Below, one piece after another: positions 12,280 to 29,466 of a stretch of 64,000 nucleotides of DNA. Below the pieces are notes generated by a model, which searched no databases, was not told the DNA's origin, and was given only the letters and a program-made list of their open reading frames with translations. A program made the translations under genes and the position numbers. This DNA is from Eledone cirrhosa. Its lineage: Eukaryota. Position 1 is the first letter of the stretch. Each line of letters begins with the position of its first letter. The DNA is taken from assembly GCA_964016885.1 (NCBI GenBank), contig OZ024747.1, positions 53,072,001 through 53,136,000 on the forward strand, in the 5' to 3' direction.

Positions 12280-13072
12280 TATTATTATTATTATCATTTC
12301 TGTCATCATCATCATCATCATCATTTTCTTATCGTTTCGGAAAATCTTTTTCGCCGATAAAGAATTTGAAAATAAGTTTCGAAAAAGCGATTGGATCAAC
12401 AACAACAACAACAACTACAACAAAAAGACGAACAAAATATAAAAGGCATTGTGGGGGTGGTGATGTTTGAAAAAAAAACCCCGATGAAATAAACAAGAGA
12501 AACAGACACAAACCAAGACCAAACTATATTATAAAGAATGAACCAATGCTGCTTATTTAATTTTTTCTATTATTATATTTTATCTTAATTTTTATATTTG
12601 AAATTTCTATATCAAGTTTATATTTGAAATGTTTTTTTTATTTCATTTTTGTTTATATTTACCATTATTTTTATATATGTTTATTATATTTTCAAAGACT
12701 TACAATCAAGTTAATTATTAATTGAACATTTTCGGCGAAGCTAATGGGTTATTTTTCCGGGTTTCATTTTATTTTTAATGTTAGTTCTTACTATTTTGTT
12801 TATATTTGTTGCTGCTACTGTTGTTGTTGTTACTGTTGTTGTTGTTGTTGTTTTTGTTGTTGTTGTTGTTGTTGTTGTTGCTTGTGATATCTTGCTCCAT
12901 AATCTGCGGAGATGTTTATCATTGAAATTAATAAATTTGATTAAAATCTTAAAATCTTGAGTTATGATTGCCTCGATATAAATAAAATAAAATAAAATAA
13001 AATATAAATAAAAAAAAAATGATGATGAAGATGATGATGCTGAAGATCTTGATGGTGGTGCTGATGGTGTTG

Positions 13073-13137
<65 letters not shown>

Positions 13138-13214
13138 TAATAATGATAAATCAATTTTTTTAAAAGCTGGCTTCTTAAAAACCATCGATGCTGTGTAAGA
13201 ATAACGATGCTGTT

Positions 13215-13325
13215 AATAATGATGATGATGATGATGATGGTGGTGGTGATGGTGGTGATGGTGGTGGTGATGGTGGTGATGATGGTGGTGATGATGATGA
13301 TGATGATGATGACGATGATGACGAC

Positions 13326-13390
<65 letters not shown>

Positions 13391-13427
13391 CGACGATGAT
13401 GATGATGATGATGATGATGACGACGAC

Positions 13428-13486
<59 letters not shown>

Positions 13487-13625
13487 CGACGATGATGATG
13501 ATGATGACGATGATGATGATGATGATGACGATGACGATGATGATGATGATGATGATGATGACGACGATGATGATGATGATGATGATGACGACGATGATGA
13601 TGACGATGATGATGACGATGACGAC

Positions 13626-13660
<35 letters not shown>

Positions 13661-13800
13661 CGATGATGACGATGATGATGATGATGATGATGACGATGAC
13701 GATGATGATGATGACGATGATGATGATGATGATGACGATGATGATGATGATGACGATGATGATGAGGAAGACGATGATGATGACGATGATGATGATGTTG
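13215..13800. repeat. (GAT/GAC)n tract, about 590 bp
   Basis: Direct reading. Confidence 0.95.
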
Positions 13801-13841
13801 GTGGTTGTGGTGGTAATGATGGTGATAATCTAATATATAAT

Positions 13842-14023
13842 TGTTTCTACTTTAGGCACAAGGCCAGCAAATACCCAGTGCATTACTGGTACTTTATTTT
13901 ATCGATCCCGTAAGGATGAAAGACAAAGTTAACCTCAGCGGGATTTAAACTCAGAATGGCAAGGACCGTAACTCTATGCGTCAAAGCATGGCGTCCGACC
14001 CTCTCCCGATACTGCCAATCCAC
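13842..14023 (-). mobile_element. tRNA-SINE S1 with about 19-bp TSD
   Basis: Matches 9332-9519; TGATAATCTAATAYATAAT flanks both sides. Confidence 0.9.
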
Positions 14024-15725
14024 TGATAATCTAATACATAATGATTGGAGGACTGCGGAACTGTGTCTGAAATATTTTTTTCTGAACACGTTATTGAAAT
14101 ATGTTGGATTACTTTGAATAAATCATGAATGAATATTATATAATTTATCTACTAAATTTCGTAGCTGTTGATTAAACATAAACATTCTTATATATAAGTA
14201 ATGTATAGCTTATTTTAAGATTCACTTCTTTAAAATTTTCAAATGTCTACACTTCCCATTAGCATCCATTATATCATAACACTTAGCCGTACGCTATATC
14301 ACATCACTTATATATCATTATATATAAACGTTCATAAATTTGCATCATAACGTTTATATTTCCGTCGCTATTTTTCTCCTTTTTCGTTTTCATTACATTT
14401 CACCGTCATGCAGTTTATATATAATATCGTCTTTTAATGTATCATGGATTACTTTACTGATTACAGAAGAGAGTGTAACAGTCTCTATTGAATTTCTGTG
14501 CATATTCTCAATTTAATTTTTATTTGACGCATCATATCTATATGCATATATATTTGCGTTATAATATCAATATGCACACTACACATGACACCAAGGGTGG
14601 TTTTCTGCTAGTGATGATAATGGTGATGAGGGTGTTCTTGATAATGAGGATAGCTGAATATTTAAAAACGAAAACAAAAATAGTAAAAAAATCAATAGTC
14701 AGGTTACGATACTTGTTATAAACAGCAGATTTACTAACCGAACTATTCCATCCACACATTGTGGCAGTGGTGGTGTTAGTTGTGGTGTTGATGGTAGTGG
14801 TGGTGGTGGTGGTGGTGGTGCTGGTGCTACTGCTGGTGGTGGAGATGGTAGTAGTGTTAGCGAAGGTGGTGGTAAAGATGGTGTTGTTGGTGATTATGAT
14901 GGAGGATGGGGAGGCGGTGGTAGTGGTAGTGGTGATGGTAGTAGTGTCAGTGATGGTGATGGTAGGGATGATGGTGGTGGGGATTATGATGGAGAGGGAG
15001 ATGGTGGTGGTGATAGAATCAGTTCTGACATGAGATTGTGATGGTAGTCTCATTGACATCCTATACTAGCTGTAGTAGTACCTGCAACTTATGTACAGAG
15101 GAAAATCTGCATATATTTTTACTAAAAGGATGATTTGCGGCATCCGAGACAAATTAGAGGTAGAGAAGAATGTAGCTCTAAATTGTAACAGAGGAGACAC
15201 TGTTAAAGATATCTAAGATCCAGGTAGTGTTGTTAAACTGTGTGAAAGAGTAAGACTACAACCCAGGTAGGCCACAGAAAGATTTGAAATCAGAACAGGA
15301 AGAACTGCAACAAATATTGCAAGGCGTCTAGAACGACACACCAACACATCCTCCAAGCCACCACTCGAGACTCTCAATTTATTTTATCGAGCCGAAAGGC
15401 GAAGCACAAGATATTGAATAGTAGCTATTCGTACTAACACCCTCTACACCTCATATTTCCCCCGCGCGTGTCTGTGTGACCATCTGGTTGTTTTTGTATA
15501 TATCTTACGACTTAAATATTAAATTTAATTCTATACACATAACTTTTGATTTCGTCTTAATATTCCAAAGCCAGACAGTTTCTGACTATTTTGTGAGACT
15601 CTGTGACCCCCCGGATGTAGCAGAAGTGCCGTCGGAAGGGGTCAAAATTGTTTAGATCCATTTTGACGGCCGATGACTACGATTTTATACTCTTTACTTG
15701 TTGCCTATATATATATACTTGTTGC

Positions 15726-15854
<129 letters not shown>

Positions 15855-16469
15855 TGGAGAGAGAGAGAGAGAGAGAGGGGAGAGAGAGAGAGAGAGGGGG
15901 GGGGGGAATTGGAAATAGCACGGAAAATATATTTAAAGGATCTATTTTTCTTTTTTCTTCTCTGATCCGTCAAAGTGACATTATTGAAAAAATGAGAGAA
16001 ACAATTTTCTTTAAAAAAAAAAAGGAATGTATATAACATAAAACAAATATAACCGGCTTTGATCCATTCAACATGTGATATATATATATATATATATATA
16101 TGTCTCGCGTCATACGTACGTGTTTTGAAACTCTTAATAAGTCGGCAGACCTCACAAAAATTCTATATCTCTGTGATGTAGTGTTTTTGCATAATATGCC
16201 ACGTAACTACGTAGTCGAGGAGTGAAGAAGGAATTTGGATATGGTATATCTTATTAATTATATCTAATGTTTCTTCTCTCTTTATAATGTACTATATAGC
16301 TCTGATACTGAATCAATCTAATCCATTCGGATTATTTTGTCCCAGTTATTCATAGAGCAACATCGGTTGAGGTTGGCACCACTAATTCAAGGATATATGT
16401 GGATATATTCATGTATATGTATGTGTCCGCATGTATCTGTGTGTTTCTGTATATATATATATATATATG

Positions 16470-16650
16470 AAGCAGTTGAGAGTACAAGATTCCCCACCTG
16501 GACAGAACACCAGTCCACCACAGGGTTAAACCTCCAGCTATTTCTGGTACTCATTTTCAGCTGAGTATACTGGAGCAACGTGAAATGAAGTGTTTTGCTC
16601 AACAACACAACACGCAGCTCAGGAATCGAACCCACGACATTATGATCGTG
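16470..16650 (-). mobile_element. tRNA-derived SINE S2
   Basis: Reverse complement matches 2887-3050. Confidence 0.8.
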
Positions 16651-16681
16651 CCTCCACTTGCATATATATATATATATATAT

Positions 16682-16788
<107 letters not shown>

Positions 16789-17949
16789 CATCTAAAATCC
16801 CGACCACGGCGCCAAGCGGTTTGGGTTTGTGTCATAGCTCTATATTTATTTTGTTTCTCCCCATGCATTGAGTACTCCCATGATTAATGGTCTCCCCAGG
16901 CTACGCACCGCAGACTCCTTCTCTCTCACTCACTCATTATGTATATATATATATATATTTGAATGTATACATACAAATATATATCTTCTTTGTTAAGCGT
17001 TTTTTACCCACCAGCAGTATTCTGGTACAACGATTTGTTTAATTTCAACACTTTTCTGTATATTTAGTTTGTTTTGTTGTGTTTATGATTTCCCCATTAT
17101 CTTTCTTTTCAAAATGTCACACAATTTTCCAATGGATTTTTATACGGCCATTTTCTCTCTATATATTCTCTGCGTTCAAACTGAAGATGGCAGGCGATGT
17201 TATGATGTTAATGTAAAGAATCCTTTAAGTTTTATATTGCTTTTGTAAGAAATGACCATTGTTCATAGTAAGATTTTAATAACTATTGTTCATCATATAC
17301 ATCCATTGCTACAATAATTATCTGCGGACAATGACACAGATTTAGTAACAAACCAAACCGAAAAATACTTTTTATCATAAAGCCATGACATACATCTGAA
17401 GCAAACATCTTTGGTGGTGAATTGTAGTGGTTGAAAGCCAATAGAAAAAGGAAGAAGAAGAAGAAGAAGAAGAAGAAGAAGAAGAAGAAGAAGAAGAAGA
17501 AGAAGAAGAAGAAGAAGAAGAAGAAGAAGAAGAAGAAGAAGAAGAAGACTACGAGTCCGACAGAGAGAGTGATAGCGACAGAGGCAGAAAGATGGAGAGA
17601 AACAGAGAGAGATAGAGAGAGGCGAAGAGAGATAGATAGACAGGTAAACAGGGAGAGAAAGACAAAAACAAACATAGAGAAGAAGAAGAAGAAGAAGAAG
17701 AAGAAGAAGAAGAAGAAGAAGAAGAAGAAGAAGAAGAAGAAGAAGAAGAAGAAGAAGAAGAAGAAGAAGATTTTAGTCTCATCAGTACCTCGAGTGACAA
17801 TCATAAATCTAAAAGATTCTTGTATCTGGCGAGGTCATTTTTATTTAAAACCTTTACTGTAGTTTTCTTTCTTTCTTTCTATTTTTTCTTTTCTTACAAA
17901 TATTTCTTGCTTCGGTTACAAGTATCTCTCTCTCTCCTCTCTCTCTCTA

Positions 17950-18024
<75 letters not shown>

Positions 18025-18202
18025 TTATCTGTCTGTATGTCTCTATGTATGTCTTACTTGCTCTCTCGCTCTAGCTCTCATTCTTTTTATCTTTGTTGTT
18101 GTCTCTCCCTCTCCTCTTTCTCTCAGTATAAAAACATTAACAATATTTGATAACTGTGCTAACATGGAGGATGTTTCTTGATAAACAACTCAGGTTTTTC
18201 AG

Positions 18203-18268
18203 TTGACAATGGCGTGTCAGAGACAAAAGATGGCCGAACCTTCGTATTAGCGCTCTTGTCAATGGAAG
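18203..18268 (+). CDS. Possible 66-nt coding exon (DNGVSETKDGRTFVLALLSME)
   Basis: TTTTTCAG acceptor, AG/GTAAAA donor, open phase 1-1 frame in unique sequence; no homology recognised. Confidence 0.25.
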
Positions 18269-18386
18269 GTAAAATATTGTTGTTCCACGCCAACATATCT
18301 AATTATATAGCTGATGGTGACCATCTGAACATGACAGACTACATATACATATGTATGGATATGTATGTATCTTTGTATGTGTATGG

Positions 18387-18417
<31 letters not shown>

Positions 18418-18590
18418 TGTATGTATGTATGTATGTATGTATGTATGTATGTATGTATGTATGTATGTATGTATGTATGTATGCATGTACGTATGTATCT
18501 ATATCTGTTGGTGTATATACTTATATGTGTATATACATACACATACATATATATGTCTGTAGATATATATATATATATGAATATATATAT

Positions 18591-18645
<55 letters not shown>

Positions 18646-18688
18646 TATATACATTTTTATGTACGTATCTATAAGAATATATGACAAT

Positions 18689-18816
<128 letters not shown>

Positions 18817-18848
18817 TTTTATGTACGTATCTATAAGAATATATGACA

Positions 18849-18963
<115 letters not shown>

Positions 18964-19307
18964 CACATAAATACAATATATGTATATGTATGATATATTC
19001 AGGCCAGATACCGTAATATAAAACTGGCAGAAGAAGAATGGATAAAATTTGCTGAATAGATTCCTAGTGATTTTGGTTTTAATGAAAAACTACTGTTATT
19101 TCGATTGCTACTTCAATTTGGCTTCGGAATAATTCTTTGATGATTTCTTCATGTATTATCTGAGTAAGAATCACACAGAACATTAAATTATTGAACAGTA
19201 AAAGTCTGACCAATATTCAATCATTGATCAAAGAAAGATTAAAAGGTCCTGAAAAATAAATTAATAAATAAATAACTGAAAAAAAAACAAAACATATAAC
19301 ACACACA

Positions 19308-19403
<96 letters not shown>

Positions 19404-19720
19404 CATATATATACACATAATCACACACAGACACACACAAACATACATATATATATATAAAGAAAAAAATGTCTTCTCGCTGTGAAGAAAAGGTTTTCAA
19501 CAACTGCCTCTCAAAGAAATGGCCGCCCGTTCTTTTCACCTTGTTGCTCATGTCGTTGTTGTTGCTGTTATTATTATTATTATTGGTGTTGTTGTTGTTG
19601 TTGGTGTTGTTGCTGTTATTGATGTTGATGTCGTCGCTGTTGTTAATATTATTTTGAAAGACACTTTAGATAGCAACTTTGATATGTATGTATGATCGGC
19701 AATATTTTCTGCAGGCTAAG

Positions 19721-19752
<32 letters not shown>

Positions 19753-19782
19753 TGTATGTATGTATGTATGTATGTATGTATG

Positions 19783-19849
<67 letters not shown>

Positions 19850-19919
19850 GCACATGAATATATATAAATATGCATATATATATATATATATATATATTCG
19901 TCAATGCTGTATTAAAATT

Positions 19920-19999
<80 letters not shown>

Positions 20000-20034
20000 C
20001 ACATATATATATATATGCATGTTTATATATATTC

Positions 20035-20086
<52 letters not shown>

Positions 20087-20986
20087 GAATATATATAAAC
20101 ATGCATATATATATATATGTGTACATGTATATATGTATATGTATGTGTGGCGTGTGTGAGTGTCTGTGTGTGGCGGTTGTGTATGTGTTAGTGTTAGTGT
20201 ATACAATACATGACTAGGTTCAAATTATATGTTGTTTATTGGGGTTGAATTTTTAACTTTTCCTATGAGTTCTTTGTAATGTCTTTTGAAAAATATGATT
20301 CTATCTTGAACGCTATTTTGTCTTCACAGTTTCACCTACAGGATGAAGTGATTTGGGCTCAAGTTTCACCCGTTGTCGAGAGAGCAAATGCGATGGCTAT
20401 AGACCACCCCAATTTAAACAGATAGATTTATCGTTTTCGGTACGCCCGGCCGACTAATTCACTCGATATGCAAATTAGGCTGCTCAGCCGTTAATATGCA
20501 AAAGGAAAGTATATACTTTCAAACGTTCAATTAACTGACACGTCTATATACTGACACGTCTATATAGTGTACGTCTATATACATATATGTATGTACGTAT
20601 ACATACTTATATTTAAGTATCAGCCGTACTAAGAGTGAGAAATGAAATTTCATTTTTTCCAGATATGTATATCTATCTATGTAATAAATATATATTTATG
20701 TTATAAATCGTCACCAGTCTTTTCGGATGTTTATATATGTATGTGGATCTTTGTAAGATAATCAAGAATTATTAACCTTTTGTATCCCACAGTCAGAAAA
20801 AAGTAGGACTGTTCAAAGGGATGTAAAGTGGGAAGAGTTTGAATGACATTTTAGGAGGACAGGAGGTGAGTTATAGAAAGAAATAAAACAAGAGAGAGAG
20901 AGAGGAAGAAAGAGAGTTAGAGATAGAGATAGAGATAGAGAGATTAGAGAGAGAGAGAAAGATAGAGAGAGGGATATATATATATA

Positions 20987-22205
20987 TCGTTTTTGAATTT
21001 GTTTAGTAAGATTCTTTATCTGAAAACGTGTGTTGAAACCGATATTGTTATACTTTGGGAGGGTCATGTTGCCAATAAGAAACACACGCACCAGTTGATT
21101 TCACTTTTATTATAAATAAAAAAAAAAAAATTTTTTTCAAAAAAATTTATAAATTTCCGGTTGGTTGGTTGGTTCCACAACCGGACGGTTGTTCATATAT
21201 TGTCAAATTTCTTTCGTCACACATTCTGTGACCTCTTCAGTGACTGAGGATTCATTTCTTTTCTTTGTTTTGTGCCTCTCCTTTGTTCTGTCCTACGCCA
21301 TCTTGTTTTTATGTGTTGTGTGCTTAGTTTGCGCCTGTGTTACATCCGGGTGTCTGTGTGTGTTTTTTATTTGTTTATTTATTTTTTTATTTACATGTTA
21401 CTGGTTGGTTGTTTGCTTTACGTGTGTGTGTTTTCATTTTGTCCTTAATTGTAAGTTGTGATGTTGCTATTCCATTCATGTTTTCTATTTAATTTTGGTT
21501 GGAGTTCATTTATGTTTATTGCCTCTGTGATTTGTCTAAACATTGCGTCTTTTCTGTGTGTAGATTTTATTTTTATTTCTATGTTCTCTAATTTGCCCTT
21601 ATGTTCTATTTTAGCATGTTGGTGGAGTACTGATGATTCTTTTCTATCTTGAAACTCTCGCCAGTGTTCATTTAACCGTTCTCCTATACTACGAGCTGTC
21701 TCACCTATGTACACTATATTCTTATCTTTACATTGTCCTTCAGTACATCTTATGCTATATACTATGTTTCTAGTTTTACAGTTTTACAGTTAATATGTGG
21801 GCTTAGTTTAAAAGATTATGTATTTCTTATCTATACAGGGAGGTCTTTGAAAAGGGTATGTATTACTAATAAGTGTTTTTATGGAGGTACCTGGTCTTTC
21901 TACTATCTTAATATTAAGTTGAAATTTATCTAGGGCCCTTCTAAATTTGTAAGCCTCTAGGGGTTGTATTGATGAACATTACACTCTGGTATTTATTGCT
22001 ATCATACCATGAGTTTATTCTATTAACCTTATTCCTAGTTCTTTCTATTCTATTCCAAAATTTACTCCTATACAAGGGGCAGGTCCCATTTGTATCATTA
22101 TTTACCATTTTTTCTCATTTGGTTCTGGCTCCTCTATATACTCTGATATTATCTCTCTGATTGTAACCAGAGAACTGCATACGGTGGATGAAGTGTTGTA
22201 TGTGT
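20987..22205 (-). mobile_element. 5'-truncated PLE (family C): RT thumb remnant, GIY-YIG endonuclease, 3' end with HHR
   Basis: YIGETARSIGERLNEH...RQITEAININELQPKLNRKHEW; homologous to 60437-61463; frameshifted. Confidence 0.9.
21202..21244 (-). ncRNA. Type I hammerhead ribozyme (family C)
   Basis: GTCA-CTGAAGA-G-GTCACA/GAATG/TGTGAC-GAAA-GAAAT-T-TGAC. Confidence 0.75.
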
Positions 22206-22234
22206 CTCTCTAGTTCTTTGAAAAACATTTAAAA

Positions 22235-22323
22235 AAAAAAAATTTTAATTTATAATAAATTGGTTGGAGTGAAAGCAACTGGTGCGTGTGTTTCTTATTG
22301 GCAACATGACCCTCCCAAAGTAT

Positions 22324-22330
<7 letters not shown>
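22235..22330 (+). mobile_element. Inverted copy of the family C 3' end at the 5' junction of the PLE
   Basis: CTGGTGCGTGTGTTTCTTATTGGCAACATGACCCTCCCAAAGTATAACAAT is the reverse complement of 21044-21094. Confidence 0.85.
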
Positions 22331-22393
<63 letters not shown>

Positions 22394-22859
22394 CAGAGAG
22401 GGATATGTTTATATATATATACACAGAAAAAAAGATGAAATCGAAAATAAGACTGGAGTTGCATTTTCAATTTCATCTTTTTTTCATTATACTTTCACTC
22501 GTGTAGGACACCTCGGTTATTTTTCATTTTGTAAAAAAACCCTCACTTTCTAATATATATATATATCAAGAAAGAAGAGTGACATGGTTTGCTATACAAT
22601 AAGGGCTTTATTCACATTGCTGAACTGGTAGGGCTATAAATCGCTACCCGCCTGATTTTGCGTCAATCGATCACCAATACTTTCTTATAACCAGTCTATT
22701 CATCAGAGCATGCGAGAATGTCACCACGTACTCGCAGCATCACTATGGAAACGTCTTGTTGAGTCAAACTTAGCCAAGCGATAATACTAACCACTACTCG
22801 GAGTACTCTAACTGAACTACATCTAAGTGGACTACCTATAACGATAATTTGTTATCCCG

Positions 22860-22922
<63 letters not shown>

Positions 22923-22924
22923 CA

Positions 22925-23082
22925 GAGAGGGAGTGGTAAGATACCAAGTGGTCCATAACCCACCAGAGTACTCGATACTTGGGGTAGTAGAGGTGGGGAA
23001 TATCGAAAGATTCAAGTCCCCGACGGCTGAACTCCGACCGTTTAGAAAGCTAGATCCAAATAGTTCGGATCTAGCTATCTCT

Positions 23083-23085
<3 letters not shown>
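22925..23085 (-). mobile_element. Family D PLE-end-like repeat with decayed HHR
   Basis: Homologous to 57240-57365 and 59627-59763; hairpin AGCTAGATCC/GGATCTAGCT precedes (G)AAACGGTC-GGAG. Confidence 0.6.
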
Positions 23086-23173
<88 letters not shown>

Positions 23174-23397
23174 GTGATTCGTATTTCTGGATATTAGCAT
23201 CATTATTGGGTCTTAACTGTGTTTATGGAAAGTTTCAGAAATTACCCCATCTTTAGCTACCTAGTTACGAAACTGGGACATACACCTTGGAACATACAGG
23301 CATTCACTTTATATATTTCGATATGCGATATATACATACCAATGTGTATACATATATATATATAAATATATATATATATGTATGCACAAACACAAGT

Positions 23398-23431
<34 letters not shown>

Positions 23432-23518
23432 GTGCACTTTAAATTGTCAGTTATATATATATATATACTGTTGCTCGGTTGAATTGTTTGACTGATGAGA
23501 ATTTTATATCAACAGAAA

Positions 23519-24696
<1,178 letters not shown>

Positions 24697-25637
24697 GGAA
24701 ATATGCGGTGAGATTTTCATGCATACTCTGTATAATTCACTAACCTACCTATATATATTAATGAAGAGAAAGGTCATATCTGCTAATGTTTACTTAATAA
24801 CCTTCAGTGAGAAAATAACTCTTCAGCAAAATACAAAACCAACTCTACCGTAACGGTTGAGAGGTGTTCTGTTGAAATTCAATCAGTTAATTGCATGGTT
24901 ATGATATTCAACATTTTACAAATTTTCAGTTATTACGTATAGGTATCATTATCTGTGCATCGATTTTGTATGTATGTATGTATGTATGTATGTATGTATG
25001 TATGTATGTATGTATGTATGTATGTATGTATGTATGTATGTATGTATGTATGTATGTATGTGTGTATGTTTGTATAGATGTATGTGTGTTTGTATGTATT
25101 TATGTATGTTTGTATGTAGTTATGTATGTTTGTATGTATGTTTGTTCGTATGTATTTATGTATGTTTGTATGTATTTATGTATGTTTGTATGTATGTTTG
25201 TTCGTATGTATCTGTATGTTTGTAGGTATTTATGTATGTTTGTATGTATGTATGTGTGTTTGTATGTATGTTTGTTTGAATGTATTTATGTATGTATTTT
25301 ACGTATTTAGGTATGTTTGTATGTATGTTTGTATGTATGTATGTTTGTATGTATGTATGTATGTATGTATGTATGTATGTATGTATGTTTGTATGTATGT
25401 TTGTATGTGTTTGTATGTATGTATGTATGTTTGTATGTATGTATGTTTGTATGTATGTTTGTTTGTATGTATGTTTGTATGTATGTATGTATGTATGTAT
25501 GTTTTATGTATGTATGTAAGTTTGTATGAATTTATGTATGTATGGATGTATGTATGTATATATGTTTGTATGTATGTATGTTTGTATGTATGTAAGTATG
25601 TATGTTTGTATGTTTGTATGTATGTTTGTATGTGTAT

Positions 25638-26244
25638 GTCAGGTCACCAGTTGGTGCTACTGGTAACATGTATCCCAGTACAACCTGTCTCATGGTCGGG
25701 TCGTTGGCGACTAAACTGGCAACCCCACCAAGGTTTCTTGGTGAGGAGGGTGACTTTGGACATCCTGCAGGACTAAAAACAAAACCTGTCAAAGGGCAAA
25801 GGAGCTCTTAAGAGTCAATGGCCATCCAAAATCACCGGGAGAGATGACCACTTAGCCTTTGTCAAGGCAGAATTCTAGGAGAAGGAAAACTCTGATATAA
25901 CACCTGCGACTCTGATGGTATCCAATGATGTTGACATGTTCTTCTTTTTGGTAAATATCATCTTGGTTAAGAGAGTGGGGCTGGCTTTGTGCAGTGCCTT
26001 TGCTCACTATAAAAGCTTCACGGCACAGGCATTGCTTTATATCTGGAGATCTCTCTGCACTTGTCGTCACATGGTACCATGGGCCCAGCACTATGTGTCA
26101 ATAATTGTCACAAGTGTAGTGTTTGTACCAGAGTTTTCAAGTCGCTGGCTGGACTAAAAAGTCACACTCGTTCAGCGCATCGGTAGGAGTTCACCTACAT
26201 GGATATGAAGTGGTGGCCATACTCGAAAACGAGTTGGCAGCCGC
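25638..26244 (+). mobile_element. About 607-bp RTE-derived non-autonomous element, copy 1
   Basis: Near-identical to 33262-33868 and 49215-49820; 3' part encodes [25 protein letters not shown] (RTE C-terminal C2H2 finger); flanked by (TATG)n. Confidence 0.85.
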
Positions 26245-26260
26245 TATGTTTGTATGTATG

Positions 26261-26726
26261 TTCTTCTGGTTTTATAATTTCACAAAGTTTTACCAATAGA
26301 GAGAGATTCGGTTTCTAACAAAGACACAAGACTCTCTCATTGGAATTTACACAACAACATCAACTAGGCAGATATGTATGTATACATGCATGTGTAGATA
26401 TGGATGTTATTGTATGTGTGGATGTGTATGTTTTGAGTTGTATGTGTGCATGTGTATATGCTTTGCATCTGTATATGTGTATATGCAGTTATTAGATGCA
26501 ACATTTTTTGGAATGTTTTACATATTTTTACTGTTCCATTAATGGATTGTATTTGTAATTTCCTAACTAGTTGTGTTCTTTCTGTTCCTGTGAAGCCTAG
26601 CTTCTCAAGATTTGTATTGAGGCAGTTACTAACATACCCCAGTGCTCCAATAATCACAGGCATAAATCTGAAGGTGTAATCAGGGTGGAGTATCTGCAGA
26701 TTTCTCATAAATCTTCTCCTTTTCAC
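26261..26726 (-). mobile_element. 3' end of a restriction-like-endonuclease non-LTR retrotransposon (R4/Dong/NeSL-type)
   Basis: FMPVIIGALGYV..L..NLEKLGF..LQIQSINGTVKICK, then a short 3' UTR ending in (CATA)n. Confidence 0.7.
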
Positions 26727-26852
26727 TAATGTATATATGTTTGTATGTATGATTATATGTATTTATGTATGTTTGCATGTATGTATTTATGTATGTTTGT
26801 ATGTATGTAAGTAAGTATGTAAGTAAGTATGTATGTATGTATGTGTATACGT

Positions 26853-26891
<39 letters not shown>

Positions 26892-27047
26892 CATATATAT
26901 GTATATATGTATATACATACATACAAATATAAATGCAACAGTTGATTGCTACAGGAGTACTTTCTGACAGAAAATATATTTATTATCTCTGTATATGATC
27001 AGAGGTGTAGATACAGGGAGAGAGATAGATAGATAGATAGATTTATT

Positions 27048-27157
27048 ATTTCTATTTTAGGCACAAGGCCAGCAAATACCCAGTGCATTACTGGTACTTT
27101 ATTTTATCGACCCCGTAAGGATGAAGGGCAAAGTTAACCTCGGCGGGATTTGAACTC
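27048..27157 (-). mobile_element. tRNA-SINE S1, 3' half
   Basis: Matches 13845-13952. Confidence 0.85.
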
Positions 27158-28455
<1,298 letters not shown>

Positions 28456-28767
28456 CTGGTGTTACCCCATTAACATCTATTTTTCCTGCCTCCGGTGCTA
28501 CAATTCTATGAAAACAAAGTCCTAAACACTGACACACTGACACACACACACAGCTACACACACACAAGCGCACCCACCCACCCACACACAGGTACCTCCT
28601 CCCATACACACACACCCCCACACACAGGTATACACACACACACACAGAGGCAAGGTAACTTCCACACCTATTTAATTTCCTCAAGTTAACCAACATACCA
28701 GTTAACCTATAATAATATACAACTATTTCTACCTGCTGTGCACACTTCCCCTGTTCACATACCTTCC

Positions 28768-28859
<92 letters not shown>

Positions 28860-29310
28860 CACACACACACGTACACACGTACACACATACACACACACAC
28901 ACAGACAGACACGTACACACGCCCACACATACGCACACACACACAGAAACGTACACACACGCACACACACGTACACACGTGCACACACACACACACACAC
29001 AAACATAGACGGACATACACACATACACACAGACACACAGACACGCACACACACACATAGACGGACACACACAGACACACATACACGTACACACACACAT
29101 AGACGGACACACACACACACACAGACACACACAGACACGTACACACGTACACACGTACACACACACACACACATATATACATATATATATATACATATAT
29201 ACCTATACACACACCCCATTGATATGCAATCGGTCGGATGCTGTCACGTACATTACATTACATTCCAATATATACATACATCCACCCATATATACATACA
29301 TACATGTATG

Positions 29311-29367
<57 letters not shown>

Positions 29368-29397
29368 AATCAAAGGATGGTTAAAAGAGTTCCAAGT

Positions 29398-29466
29398 ATT
29401 TTATTATGCGCATTTCAAAAACAAATACCATCATGGGATGATATTTGCGTTCTCATCAGATAAAAT
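29398..29466 (-). ncRNA. Type I hammerhead ribozyme (family A, ATGCGCAT stem III)
   Basis: ATTTTAT-CTGATGA-GAACGCAAATA...TATTTGTTTTT-GAAA-TGCGCAT-A-ATAAAAT; inverted 3' half at 29704 onward. Confidence 0.85.

Noticed and set aside
13188-13913. Poly-Asp 241-aa ORF (aspein-like appearance)
   Set aside because: (GAT)n tract running into a SINE; no signal peptide or gene structure
20440-20522. Octamer ATGCAAAT and GAAAGTATATACTTTC palindrome
   Set aside because: Short motifs expected by chance or within an unclassified repeat; no snRNA gene seen nearby
22672-22710. Minus-strand CTGATGA...GAAA hammerhead-like motif
   Set aside because: Stems I and II are mostly wobble pairs; kept out of the count
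26103-26185. Host C2H2 zinc-finger gene exon
   Set aside because: Single finger present in all four repeat copies; it is the RTE C-terminus
28466-28505. Minus-strand 40-nt exon-like piece (IVAPEAGKIDVNG, faintly ABC-transporter-like)
   Set aside because: Too short, and no neighbouring exons found
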